64,000 nt of DNA. Origin: an uncultured Arcobacteraceae bacterium (GTDB taxonomy: Bacteria > Campylobacterota > Campylobacteria > Campylobacterales > Arcobacteraceae). Under the pieces are notes generated by a model. That model ran no database searches and was not told the DNA's origin. It saw nothing but the letters and a program-made list of their open reading frames with translations. The stretch lies in NCBI GenBank assembly GCA_964022095.1, contig CAXHZO010000001.1, positions 288,001 to 352,000 of the forward strand. The letters run 5' to 3'. The translations under genes were made by a program, and so were the position numbers. The stretch's first letter is position 1, and every line of letters begins with the position of its first letter. Positions 18,394-28,154 of the stretch are shown piece after piece.

Positions 18394-19350
18394 TTATTTT
18401 TCAAAGTCCCAGAAAGTTTTTGTTTGTAAATAATTACTATTTTTAACTAATTTTCTACCACCCTGCTTTAGAAGAATCTCAAATATTTTTGAAGAATCTT
18501 TAATGTTTTTCTTTGTAAAATCTTTAATTACACCTGCTTTATAACCATCTATTAATGCATTAAAAGTTTTTTCATCTTTCACGTTCATTAATGGTTTAAT
18601 TCTCTCCCACTCTTTTTTATTATTTATTAAAATATCTTTTGCTTCATGTGTAGCTTTTATAAAAGAGTTATATAATTTTTTATTTTCTAAAGCAATATCT
18701 CTTCTAAAAGTCCATCCAACAGTTGAAATATCTTCTTTTATTCCAAAAGAAGCAAATACATCTTTAATTCTTATAAATTCTTTCGCCCCTTTTGCTTTAA
18801 CTTTTGCATTAAAATGCCAAAAATTAATTGCTCCATCTAATGAGCCATCTAATACTTTTTTCATTAAAATTGGAGGAGCAGCAAAAACTGGCTTAATTAT
18901 ATTTTTCAAATCTTTACCATATTTTAACTTTGAATAAGCCCTTAAGATTAGCCATGTTTTATCAACAGGACCTCCAGCAATACCTATACTTTGTCCTTCC
19001 AAATCTAAAATAGTTTTTGCATTATTATTTTTGTTTATATACATAGTGCCATTAGCTTTTGAATAAGGATAAAAAGTAAAATCTTTACCACTCGCTCTTT
19101 GAGTATTAACCCAAATCCAATCAGTAACAAAAATATCTACACTTTTAGATTGAAAGGCAACAGAGGTGGCATTTTTTGATGCTAATTTAACAATATCTAA
19201 ATCAAAGCCATATTTTTTATCTAATTTATGATGTTTTATTACATTTAGTTCCCAATTTACAGTACCAAAGGCAAGAACTCCAACTTTTAATTTTTCACTT
19301 GCACTAAGATTCAAAATTAATAAAAAGATTAAAAAATTCACTTTTTTCAT
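18394..19350 (-). CDS. NitT/TauT-family ABC substrate-binding protein
   Basis: VGVLAFGTVNWEL, VTDWIWV, GIAGGPVDKTW, NFWHFNAK; signal peptide. Confidence 0.85.
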   Translation of the reverse strand: MKKVNFLIFLLILNLSASEKLKVGVLAFGTVNWELNVIKHHKLDKKYGFDLDIVKLASKNATSVAFQSKSVDIFVTDWIWVNTQRASGKDFTFYPYSKANGTMYINKNNNAKTILDLEGQSIGIAGGPVDKTWLILRAYSKLKYGKDLKNIIKPVFAAPPILMKKVLDGSLDGAINFWHFNAKVKAKGAKEFIRIKDVFASFGIKEDISTVGWTFRRDIALENKKLYNSFIKATHEAKDILINNKKEWERIKPLMNVKDEKTFNALIDGYKAGVIKDFTKKNIKDSSKIFEILLKQGGRKLVKNSNYLQTKTFWDFEK

Positions 19351-19379
19351 ACAATTTATCCTTAAAGTTATTTAATGAA

Positions 19380-19412
19380 ATTGTATATGAGTTTTATAGC
19401 ATAAATTTAGCA
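19380..19412 (-). promoter_or_regulatory. Promoter with regulon motif (TauT-like ABC operon)
   Basis: TGCTAAA-TTTAT-GCTATA-N9-TACAAT on the minus strand. Confidence 0.75.
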
Positions 19413-19432
19413 TTTGATGATTCTTTTTTAAA

Positions 19433-19465
19433 TGCTATAATGAGGCTATAAAAAGAGTCTATAAT
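19433..19465 (+). promoter_or_regulatory. Promoter with regulon motif (cytochrome c550 operon)
   Basis: TGCTATA-ATGAG-GCTATA-N9-TATAAT on the plus strand. Confidence 0.7.
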
Positions 19466-19500
19466 TCCATTAACAAAAATTTTTATTTAAGGATGAGTAT

Positions 19501-19932
19501 ATGAAAAATATTCAAAAAATTGGATTAGCTACACTATTTTCTGCAGTAGTAGCATTTGGACATGGAAGTGTTACACCTCAAGCTATTGATTTAGCTGCTG
19601 TTGAAAAAGCTGGTGTAAAATTACTTGGTGAAGAATTATTAGATGAAAATCCATATAAAACAACTGATGATAAAGTAATTGAATTTGGTAAAGTACAATA
19701 TGCTGAAAACTGTGCTAGATGTCATGGATTAGATGCTGTTTCTGGTGGAATTGCTCCTGATTTAAGATACTTAGAAGATGGTATGGATGGTGATGAATGG
19801 TTCACTGATAGATTCATGAATGGTGCAGTTAGAAACGGTAACGTTTATATGCCTCCATTTGAAGGTATCTTACCACAAGAAGCAATGTGGGCAATTAGAA
19901 CTTACGTTCAAGCTTTACCAAAAGAAGACTAA
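19501..19932 (+). CDS. pedF: Cytochrome c-550, ADH electron acceptor (PedF/ExaB)
   Basis: HGSVTPQAID, ENPY, NCARCHGL heme motif, SGGIAPDLRYL, VYMPPFEG. Confidence 0.92.
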   Translation: MKNIQKIGLATLFSAVVAFGHGSVTPQAIDLAAVEKAGVKLLGEELLDENPYKTTDDKVIEFGKVQYAENCARCHGLDAVSGGIAPDLRYLEDGMDGDEWFTDRFMNGAVRNGNVYMPPFEGILPQEAMWAIRTYVQALPKED

Positions 19933-19942
19933 AAGGTAAACA

Positions 19943-20815
19943 ATGATTAATATTTTTAAATCGTTTTTTTTAGTAATTTTATTTACACTTTTTGCACATG
20001 CAAGAAGTATAGAAGAAATCCAAGAGAGTGGAGAAGTTTATATAGCAGTATATGAAAACTTCCCTCCTTACTCTTTTACTAAAAATGGTAAATTAGTAGG
20101 TGTTGATGTAGATTTAGGTAATGAGATTGCTAAGTCCCTAAATGTTAAACCTATTTTTTATCAGACAGGTACAGATGAGACTTTGTCAGACGATTTAAGA
20201 AATAATCTTTGGAAAGGTAATCTAGTTCATAAGCACAAAGCGGACATCATGTTCAGAGTTCCTTATGACTATGATTACTTAAGATTAAAAGATGACTATA
20301 CTGGTGAATTACAAAATGAAATGGTTACTATTAAAGGACCATATCAAAGTGAAAAATGGGTTATAGCAACTCATAAAAAAATTATCCCAGAATTTAAAAA
20401 TCTTGCTATGTTTGCATATCATACAATTGGTGTAGAGTTAGACACTCTTCCTGATAATCATTTATCTGGTTTCGCAAGAGGTTTAATTAGAGAAAAAGTT
20501 AAGCACTATTTTAGATATGAAGATGCAGTAAAAGATTTTTTAGATGGAAAACTTGATGCCATTGCAGGTTTAAGATCACAACTTGAGTATTATTTAGATT
20601 ATAACAATAATAAAGATAAGTACTACATGAGTGATAGTATTCCTCAAATGAAATCACATTGGGATTTAGCAGTAGCTGTTGAAAGCCTTTATAGACCGTT
20701 AGGTTATCACATCGCTGGCCTAATTTCTAAAAAATATAATAATGGTGAAATTAAGAAAATCTTTGAAAAATATGGAGTAAATTATCTTCCTCCAATTTCT
20801 AGAACGGCTCAATAA
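19943..20815 (+). CDS. Periplasmic substrate-binding-fold protein associated with quinoproteins (PedG/MxaJ-like)
   Basis: AVYENFPPYSF, DETLSDDLRNNLWKG, ADIMFRVPYD; follows cytochrome c550. Confidence 0.8.
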   Translation: MINIFKSFFLVILFTLFAHARSIEEIQESGEVYIAVYENFPPYSFTKNGKLVGVDVDLGNEIAKSLNVKPIFYQTGTDETLSDDLRNNLWKGNLVHKHKADIMFRVPYDYDYLRLKDDYTGELQNEMVTIKGPYQSEKWVIATHKKIIPEFKNLAMFAYHTIGVELDTLPDNHLSGFARGLIREKVKHYFRYEDAVKDFLDGKLDAIAGLRSQLEYYLDYNNNKDKYYMSDSIPQMKSHWDLAVAVESLYRPLGYHIAGLISKKYNNGEIKKIFEKYGVNYLPPISRTAQ

Positions 20816-20831
20816 TAAAAAAGGAATTATC

Positions 20832-21569
20832 ATGAAACATATATTCTTCTTCATTATGGTGTTTTTAGTTAGTACCGCAAACGCTAAAAACCCAATCATA
20901 TCTCCAACATTTGACGACCTAGTAAAATCCATGATCAATGGAGAGGAATATATCTTTGATGATAAAAATATCATAATGAAAGTACCTAAGTTTGCAGATA
21001 ACCCTGTACAAGTACCCATTTATGTAAATGCAACAAAAATCAAAGATGCCCAAAGAATGATTATCTTTGCAGATTTAAACCCAATTGCAGAAATTGTTGA
21101 TATGCCAACTACAAACTTATTGCCTATTTTTTCTTCTAATATAAAAGTAGCTCAAGAAACTCCACTTAGAGCATTAATAAAAGATAGTTCTGGCCTTTGG
21201 CATGTAGGAAGTATTAATATTAATAGTAATGGTGGAGGTTGTGACATCTCTTCTCAGGCTTCACAAGATAGTAAGTTTGCAGAATTTTTAGGCCAAACAA
21301 AAGGTCAAACTTTTGATAAGAAAGATGGTGTAACAAGAATCAAAGCCTCAGTTTTTCATCCAATGGAAACAGGTTTAATTTTTGGTAATTCAAAATTTTA
21401 TGTTCATACAGTAGAAATTAAAGATGGGAATAAATTAATTGACAAAATTAAATTATCTCCTGCAATTAGTGAAAACCCTAGACTTATTTTTGAAACAAAA
21501 AGTAAATTTAAAAACTTAAATATTCTTTTCAGAGATAATGATGCAAATGAATTTGAATTAGAGTTATAA
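20832..21569 (+). CDS. Quinoprotein dehydrogenase-associated SoxYZ-like carrier
   Basis: PKFADNPVQVP, FADLNPI, GGGC swinging-arm motif, HPMETGL and ISENP SoxZ-like motifs. Confidence 0.85.
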   Translation: MKHIFFFIMVFLVSTANAKNPIISPTFDDLVKSMINGEEYIFDDKNIIMKVPKFADNPVQVPIYVNATKIKDAQRMIIFADLNPIAEIVDMPTTNLLPIFSSNIKVAQETPLRALIKDSSGLWHVGSININSNGGGCDISSQASQDSKFAEFLGQTKGQTFDKKDGVTRIKASVFHPMETGLIFGNSKFYVHTVEIKDGNKLIDKIKLSPAISENPRLIFETKSKFKNLNILFRDNDANEFELEL

Positions 21570-22456
21570 TGAAAAAGCTAATTTTACTAGTTTGTAGTCT
21601 TAGTTATTTATTTGCATATGACTTTAATTTAAAGCCTATAAAATTATCAGAAAACAGCTACTATTTTGAAGGTAAAAAAGAGTACTTTTCACCTTCAAAT
21701 GGTGGTGACATTTCAAATAGTTCATTTATAATTGCAAAGAACTCTGTAATCTTAATTGATACAGGAACTACTGTCGCTTATGCTGAAGCACTTAAAAAAG
21801 AAATAAAAAAAATCACTGATAAACCTATTAAATACATTATAAATACACATCATCACCCTGATCACTTTTTAGGTAACTATGCCTTTAAAGATGTTGAAAT
21901 TTATGCAACTGACTTTACAAAAAACGATATAGAATCTCATGGTGAACTATATGTAAGTAATATTGTAAACCTAGTAGGAGAAACTGCTTATACAACAAGA
22001 TCAAAAGCTCCAAATAAAATACTAAAAGAAGGTAAGTTATCACTAGATGGATATGATCTTGAGGTATTCTTTTTTGATGGGCATACAAAAAGTGATACTG
22101 TAATTTTAGATAAAAATACAAAAACACTTTATACTTCTGATTTAATTTTTAATCAAAGAGCCCTAGCAACTCCACATGCTAATATTCCACTATGGATAGA
22201 ATCTCTTAAAAAACTAAAAGAGTTTAATTTTGATACTTTAGTGCCAGGTCATGGGAAGGTTACACACTCAAAGAATGTAATTGATGAAAATATAAGATAT
22301 TTAGAGTTTTTAGATACTACATTAAAAGAAGCAAATTCAAATGGTTTAGATGTATTTGAAGTTCTTTTACAAGATGTTCCTAAAGAGTTTAGTGACTATT
22401 CAATGTTTCAAGAAGAGTATGAAAGAAGTATTATAAATTTATTTAAAAAATACTAA
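21569..22456 (+). CDS. Quinoprotein relay system zinc metallohydrolase (MBL fold)
   Basis: NGGDISN, THHHPDHFLGN, GHT, VPGHG. Confidence 0.85.
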   Translation: MKKLILLVCSLSYLFAYDFNLKPIKLSENSYYFEGKKEYFSPSNGGDISNSSFIIAKNSVILIDTGTTVAYAEALKKEIKKITDKPIKYIINTHHHPDHFLGNYAFKDVEIYATDFTKNDIESHGELYVSNIVNLVGETAYTTRSKAPNKILKEGKLSLDGYDLEVFFFDGHTKSDTVILDKNTKTLYTSDLIFNQRALATPHANIPLWIESLKKLKEFNFDTLVPGHGKVTHSKNVIDENIRYLEFLDTTLKEANSNGLDVFEVLLQDVPKEFSDYSMFQEEYERSIINLFKKY

Positions 22457-22479
22457 TTTATACTTTTAGAAAAGTTAGA

Positions 22480-23913
22480 TTATTTATCTAACTCTTCTAT
22501 AAATTTCGCCATCATTCTTACACCACATCCTGTAGCACCGTAAGGATTATACCCCCAGTTTTCTTTTCTATATGATGGTCCTGCAATATCAAAATGAAGC
22601 CATTTATTTTTGTTTTCTTTTTCAATAAAATTTGCTAAAAATAGACTTGCTGTAATTGCTCCACCATTTTTATTAGAACTAGTATTTGTCATATCTGCAA
22701 TTGCACTTTGTAATTTATTTTCCATGTATTGATTAAATGGTAAAAATCCAACTAATTCACCAGATTTTTTTGATACTTTTGAAATTTTGTTCTTTAGTTT
22801 TTCACTATAACCCATAACTGCAGTTGTATATCCACCAAATGCCCCAATACTAGAACCAGTTAATGTAGCAAAATCAAATAAGTAATCAATATCTTTAATA
22901 TTCTTTTGAGCAAATGTTAAACAATCTGCTAGAACTAATCTTCCTTCTGCATCAGTGTTTGTAACTTCTACAGTTTTTCCATTGTATGTTTTAATTACAT
23001 CATCAGGTTTATAAGCATCACCACCAATCATATTTTCAACTGCACCTAAAATACCATGGACTTCAACATTTACATCATGTTTACTTAAAAAGTCCATTAG
23101 TCCTAAAATTGCAATAGCTCCACCTTTATCAATTTTCATTGATACCATACCATCGCCTCTTTTTAGACTTAGTCCACCTGTGTCATAAGTTAATCCCTTA
23201 CCTACTAATACAATTTTAGCTTTTGGATTTTTTGGAGTATAAGATAAATGAATTAATTGAGATTCATGTCTTGAAGCTCTACCCACACTATACATAGTAT
23301 TCATACCTACTTCTTGTAAATAATCTTCACCATATACATCACATTTAACTTTTGAATTCTTCGCAATTTTTTTCGCATCATCTGCCATAGTTTTTGGATA
23401 ATAATCTTCAGGAGGAGTATTAACTATATCCCTTACTAAATTAACACTATCACAAAGTTTAATTGCAGTATTTAATTCTTCTTCTAATCTTGAATACTTT
23501 TTATCAGATCTTTTTGTACTAATTGTTATCTCAAACTCTTTTTTACTTGGCTTTTTCAAATATTTATCAAAACTATATGAACCTAATAATAAACCTTCAA
23601 CAATATCTTGAATATTTAGCTCTTTTTTTACTTGAAGTAAATCAAGTTTAATTGAACTGATTTTATATGATTTAATACTATTAAATGCTTTTGAAAAAGC
23701 TATTTTAATAGTTTCTTTATCTTTACTAGAGATATAAACATAAACTTTTTTATCATTTAATGATACATGAGTATTAAATGCACTTTTAAAAAAATTGATT
23801 TCTTCTAATATTTTTTTTGTAGATTTATCTAGATTTTTCTTATTTTTAACTAATACAATTTCTAAATCTGATTGTATTTTTTCTATTTTTTCTTTATTTA
23901 AAACTATATTCAT
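22480..23913 (-). CDS. pepA: Leucyl aminopeptidase (M17)
   Basis: VGKGLTYDTGG, NTDAEGRLVLAD, DFATLTG, WLHFDIAGP. Confidence 0.92.
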   Translation of the reverse strand: MNIVLNKEKIEKIQSDLEIVLVKNKKNLDKSTKKILEEINFFKSAFNTHVSLNDKKVYVYISSKDKETIKIAFSKAFNSIKSYKISSIKLDLLQVKKELNIQDIVEGLLLGSYSFDKYLKKPSKKEFEITISTKRSDKKYSRLEEELNTAIKLCDSVNLVRDIVNTPPEDYYPKTMADDAKKIAKNSKVKCDVYGEDYLQEVGMNTMYSVGRASRHESQLIHLSYTPKNPKAKIVLVGKGLTYDTGGLSLKRGDGMVSMKIDKGGAIAILGLMDFLSKHDVNVEVHGILGAVENMIGGDAYKPDDVIKTYNGKTVEVTNTDAEGRLVLADCLTFAQKNIKDIDYLFDFATLTGSSIGAFGGYTTAVMGYSEKLKNKISKVSKKSGELVGFLPFNQYMENKLQSAIADMTNTSSNKNGGAITASLFLANFIEKENKNKWLHFDIAGPSYRKENWGYNPYGATGCGVRMMAKFIEELDK

Positions 23914-23967
23914 ATGCTAAATCCTTTGTGCATATTATATAGTTTTAAATTGAAAGAGGGATTTTAT

Positions 23968-26532
23968 TTATATAGTTTCTCTGAATTTTTTTGCATTTGC
24001 ATTTGATACTACTTTTTGAGCAATCTGCAATGTACTAACAGCAATTTCATGTGTTGCTCCAGCAATTGATGCATTTTGTTGTGTTTGTCTGTCAAGTGAG
24101 TTTATAGCATCATTAATTTGCTCTATTCCTTGAAGTTGTTCTTTTGATGATTCATTTACACTATTAATCAAAGTTATAGTTTTATTTATATTCTTACTTA
24201 AGTCATTATAGCCATGAATCATTTCATCTGCTATTGATTTACCTTCATTGGACTTATTTGTTGCATTTTCAACTAAACTTTTTATTTCGCTTGCAGCTTG
24301 TGCACTTCTACTTGCTAAATTTCTGACTTCAGCAGCAACCACTGCAAAACCTTTTCCAGCTTCACCAGCAGTTGCAGCTTCAACTGCAGCATTAAGTGAA
24401 AGAATATTTGTTTGGAATGCAATTTGATCAATTACTTCAATTGCATCATTTATTGAGCTAACTTGTGAGTTAATCTCTTCCATTGATATAACAGTTTGAT
24501 TTGCTAAATTTTCACCTTGAGAAACTGAACTTGATAGATCATTTGCATATGATGTCATAGATGAAATATTATTAGTACTTTGTTTTATATTACTTGTTAT
24601 TTCTTCAACAGCAGCTGCTGTTTCTTCAATTCTTGAGGCAGCTTCATTTGAAGCATTATTTAATTCATCAACATTAGATAATAAAGTATTTGAACCTTCC
24701 TCTAAAGTCACACCATTTTTTTTATTTTCAATTAGCATTACTGTAATTGCATCGCCTAAAGAGTTAATACCATTTATCATCTTTTTAGAGTCACCTTCAA
24801 CCCCATTAATTTGAATTTTTTGCATATAATCATAATTAGTATATTGATGCAGTGTTTCTAAAATACAATTTATAACTTTTTGCTGATTATCAAGCATTTT
24901 ATTTATTGTTAATGCTAAAGTTTTTACTTGTGGGTTGGAAGGAACAGATCTAACTCTACATGAGTAGTAACCTTTCTCAACTTTATCAAGAGTAATAGCA
25001 GCTTCTCCTACGCATAATAAATCTTTTTCTAAATCTTTATTAATTTTATCAATATTACTATTTATCATATTAGCTAAATCACCTAATTCATCTTCTGACT
25101 CATAGTTTATATATTCTAATTCATTTATATCTTTATTTAAATATCTCATAAATTGATTTGTACCTAAATGTACATTTTCAATTGCATCTTTTAGTATTCT
25201 ATTTACTTTAAACACAACAAATATAATAAATACAATTGCTAAAAGAGTAAATCCTAAAGTAAAATATACTTTTTTCTCAATAGCAGAAATTTCATTATTC
25301 ACATTTTCAATTAATTTAGCAGCTAAAATATTTTCAGAATTTTGTAAAGAATCAATTCTTTTTGTATATTCATCAAACCAATAATTTGCTTCAGTACCTA
25401 AAAAGTTTTCTATTAAATTTGATAACTCTTTTTTTAACTTATTATAATTAACTCTAGCTAGGGAATCTATTTTAGTGAAGTCACTATTATCAGATGCAAA
25501 TTGATTATCAGCTTCAATTATATTTTTTCTTATTTGAATTGGTAAGCTTTCTAATTGATTAAGAATTTTTTCTTCTTTATCTTCATACTCACCTAATTTT
25601 TTATATTTAGTTAAAGTATCTTCAAATTTTTTTATACCAGAAATTGACCTTTTTTTATAGATATTTCTAATTTTTAAAATGTAACTTCTATAATTATTCA
25701 GAACTTCATTATCCATTAAATTTTTTAGTTCACTAAGATAAGCTACTTTTCTTTCAAAGTTAAGCAATTTCTTCCTCATTTTTTCTAATTCGTCAAAATT
25801 AGAATATGATACTTTTGAATCTTTTATTTCTTCTTCTAAAGAGTAGCTATAAAATGTATCTAAAAAGTTATCTTGAGTTACGATACTATCAACAAATTTT
25901 GTGTATAAATCTTCTCTATATCCTTTGTAGTAAAAAGTATCTGTACCAATAATTCTTTCTACGCTAGATTTTTCTTTTATATATATAAAATTATAGTAGG
26001 CAGTAATTTCATTTGCTATTTTTGCATTTGTTGCTAAAGTTGATGTTTTAGAGACAAATTCAATTAAATTATTATTCATATTTGTATAGAAATCTAATTG
26101 ATCTTTAAAAGATATAGTTAAGTTCTCAGTATCATTTCTAAGTTTTTTTAATTTAGCAAGATTTTTTTTAAAATCTTTTATATATCGATCACCTTTAATT
26201 GGCAAGATATCATAGTCAATACTATTAAAAATACTTATCAAATTTTCTATATCTTTGTCGGTATTATCTCTTATTTGTTTCAGTTGTGATTTATACTCTA
26301 AACCATCACTTATTAAATAAAAACCACTCTTATCTCTTTCAATTTGTAAGCTATGAACTACTTGAGAAATTAAAGTATCTAACTTTATATTTTCACTTAA
26401 TACTCTTGCTTCTTTTTTTTGAATAAAGCCATCGTAAGAAATTTTAAAAAACATTATAAATAAAAATAGTATTGGCAAAAAAACTAGTAGGAATAATTTA
26501 TGTTTAATTTTTAGATTTTTTATTATATTCAT
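23968..26532 (-). CDS. Methyl-accepting chemotaxis protein with NIT-like sensor domain
   Basis: [16 protein letters not shown] and [14 protein letters not shown]-like segments; two TM helices; MCP signalling motif. Confidence 0.88.
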   Translation of the reverse strand: MNIIKNLKIKHKLFLLVFLPILFLFIMFFKISYDGFIQKKEARVLSENIKLDTLISQVVHSLQIERDKSGFYLISDGLEYKSQLKQIRDNTDKDIENLISIFNSIDYDILPIKGDRYIKDFKKNLAKLKKLRNDTENLTISFKDQLDFYTNMNNNLIEFVSKTSTLATNAKIANEITAYYNFIYIKEKSSVERIIGTDTFYYKGYREDLYTKFVDSIVTQDNFLDTFYSYSLEEEIKDSKVSYSNFDELEKMRKKLLNFERKVAYLSELKNLMDNEVLNNYRSYILKIRNIYKKRSISGIKKFEDTLTKYKKLGEYEDKEEKILNQLESLPIQIRKNIIEADNQFASDNSDFTKIDSLARVNYNKLKKELSNLIENFLGTEANYWFDEYTKRIDSLQNSENILAAKLIENVNNEISAIEKKVYFTLGFTLLAIVFIIFVVFKVNRILKDAIENVHLGTNQFMRYLNKDINELEYINYESEDELGDLANMINSNIDKINKDLEKDLLCVGEAAITLDKVEKGYYSCRVRSVPSNPQVKTLALTINKMLDNQQKVINCILETLHQYTNYDYMQKIQINGVEGDSKKMINGINSLGDAITVMLIENKKNGVTLEEGSNTLLSNVDELNNASNEAASRIEETAAAVEEITSNIKQSTNNISSMTSYANDLSSSVSQGENLANQTVISMEEINSQVSSINDAIEVIDQIAFQTNILSLNAAVEAATAGEAGKGFAVVAAEVRNLASRSAQAASEIKSLVENATNKSNEGKSIADEMIHGYNDLSKNINKTITLINSVNESSKEQLQGIEQINDAINSLDRQTQQNASIAGATHEIAVSTLQIAQKVVSNANAKKFRETI

Positions 26533-26537
26533 CTTAT

Positions 26538-26927
26538 TTACCTCATTTTCTTATAAATATTTTCATATTTATTTATCTCATCACTTGAGGCCATTCTTCT
26601 ACAAGATATATATCCCTTTGAACCATCACAAGAAGTGAATGGAAATACTGTTGCAAATACCCAGTAGTATTTTCCTTTTTTAGTTCTATTTTTTACAAAA
26701 CCTTTCCAGGCCTTTCCACTTTTAACAGTTGTCCACAAATCTTCAAATGCTTGTTTTGGCATATCTGAATGTCTCACTATATTATGAGGTTTTCCTATTA
26801 ATTCATCTAATGTATATTCTGCAAATTCACAAAATTCTTGATTAGCATATTTAATAATTCCTTTTTCATCTGTTTCTGAGAGTAAAAATGATTCAGGAGA
26901 CAATTTTAATTCTAAATTGTTATTCAT
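26538..26927 (-). CDS. Stand-alone PAS domain protein (Aer/CetB-like)
   Basis: [40 protein letters not shown]. Confidence 0.88.
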   Translation of the reverse strand: MNNNLELKLSPESFLLSETDEKGIIKYANQEFCEFAEYTLDELIGKPHNIVRHSDMPKQAFEDLWTTVKSGKAWKGFVKNRTKKGKYYWVFATVFPFTSCDGSKGYISCRRMASSDEINKYENIYKKMR

Positions 26928-27024
26928 TCTCTTCCTTAGTTATTTTTTAGGAAGTTTACACAAGAACTGTTACAATTCAATTACTTCAGAATATATTAAA
27001 AAATTATTTTATTTAAAAAAGAGG

Positions 27025-27052
27025 TATAAAACTAGCATTTGCTAGTTTTATA
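27025..27052 (-). terminator. Hairpin downstream of fbaA
   Basis: TATAAAACTAGCA-TT-TGCTAGTTTTATA. Confidence 0.6.
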
Positions 27053-27063
27053 TGAAGAAGTGT

Positions 27064-28131
27064 TTAGTTTTTACCTAAACAATTTAAATCAGAAAATGCA
27101 GTTTCAAGTCTAGCTATCATACTTTCTTGACCAGCTCTTAACCATTTTCTTGGATCATAATAAGATTTATTGGGTTTATCTTCACCCTCTGGGTTACCAA
27201 TTTGACCTTGTAAGTAGTCATAGTTTTTAGCTGTGAATTCCCTTACTCCATCCCAAGTTGCCCATTGAGTGTCTGTATCAATATTCATTTTAATTACACC
27301 ATAATCAATAGCTTCTCTAATCTCTTCTAATGCAGACCCAGACCCACCATGGAATACAAAGTCAACTGGTTGAGAACAGCTTGAATGTTTTTCACTAATA
27401 AATTTTTGTGAGTTATCTAAAATTTTTGGAGATAATACAACATTCCCTGGTTTGTAAACACCATGAACATTACCAAATGAAGCTGCAATAGTAAAGTTTT
27501 CACCAACTTTGCTTAACTCTTCATATGCATAACATACCTCTTCTGGTTGTGTATATAAAAGTGAATTATCAACATCTGTATTATCAACACCATCTTCTTC
27601 ACCACCAGTAATTCCTAACTCAATTTCAATCATCATATCAAGTTCATTCATCACTTTAAAATAATCAGCACAAGTACCAATATTCTCTTCTAATGGCTCT
27701 TCTGATAAATCTAACATATGAGAAGTAAATAAAGGTCTTCCAGTTTTCTCAAAACTTTCTTTACTAGCTTCTAATAAACCATCAATCCATGGTAATAGTT
27801 TTCTAGCTGCATGGTCTGTATGTAAAACAACAGGAACTCCATAAGCTTTAGCCATAGTATGAACATGGTTTGCTCCACTAATAGCTCCTAAAACTGCAGC
27901 ATTTGAATCTTTTAATCCTTTACCAGCATAAAATCCAGCTCCTCCATTTGAAAACTGAACGATAATTGGAGAATTAACTTTCGATGCAGCTTCTAATACT
28001 GAATTTATTGAATCTGTTCCTACTACATTAACAGCTGGAATTGCAAATTTATTGCTTTTTGCATAATCAAAAAGTTTTTTTGCTTCACTACCTGTTAATA
28101 CACCTGCTTTTACTACGTCTAATGCACCCAT
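27064..28131 (-). CDS. fbaA: Fructose-bisphosphate aldolase class II
   Basis: HTDHAARKLLPWIDG, GITGGEEDG, FGNVHGVYKPG, FHGGSG. Confidence 0.97.
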   Translation of the reverse strand: MGALDVVKAGVLTGSEAKKLFDYAKSNKFAIPAVNVVGTDSINSVLEAASKVNSPIIVQFSNGGAGFYAGKGLKDSNAAVLGAISGANHVHTMAKAYGVPVVLHTDHAARKLLPWIDGLLEASKESFEKTGRPLFTSHMLDLSEEPLEENIGTCADYFKVMNELDMMIEIELGITGGEEDGVDNTDVDNSLLYTQPEEVCYAYEELSKVGENFTIAASFGNVHGVYKPGNVVLSPKILDNSQKFISEKHSSCSQPVDFVFHGGSGSALEEIREAIDYGVIKMNIDTDTQWATWDGVREFTAKNYDYLQGQIGNPEGEDKPNKSYYDPRKWLRAGQESMIARLETAFSDLNCLGKN

Positions 28132-28154
28132 TTTAAATCCCCTTGTGTAATTAA

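Noticed and set aside
20832-22456. Sox sulfur oxidation pathway
   Set aside because: No soxAXB or soxCD; the fused YZ-like form sits in the quinoprotein operon.
1-22480. Mobile genomic island boundaries for the PQQ cluster
   Set aside because: No integrase, transposase, tRNA or direct repeat seen; composition looks host-like by eye; left edge is outside the window.
22480-23913. PepA as the missing PqqA-processing protease
   Set aside because: Only adjacency supports it; it lacks the regulon motif, is convergent to the cluster, and pqqF-like genes may lie outside the window.
14250-24450. Near-identical DNA segments in the two MCP genes
   Set aside because: Ordinary conservation of the MCP signalling hairpin.
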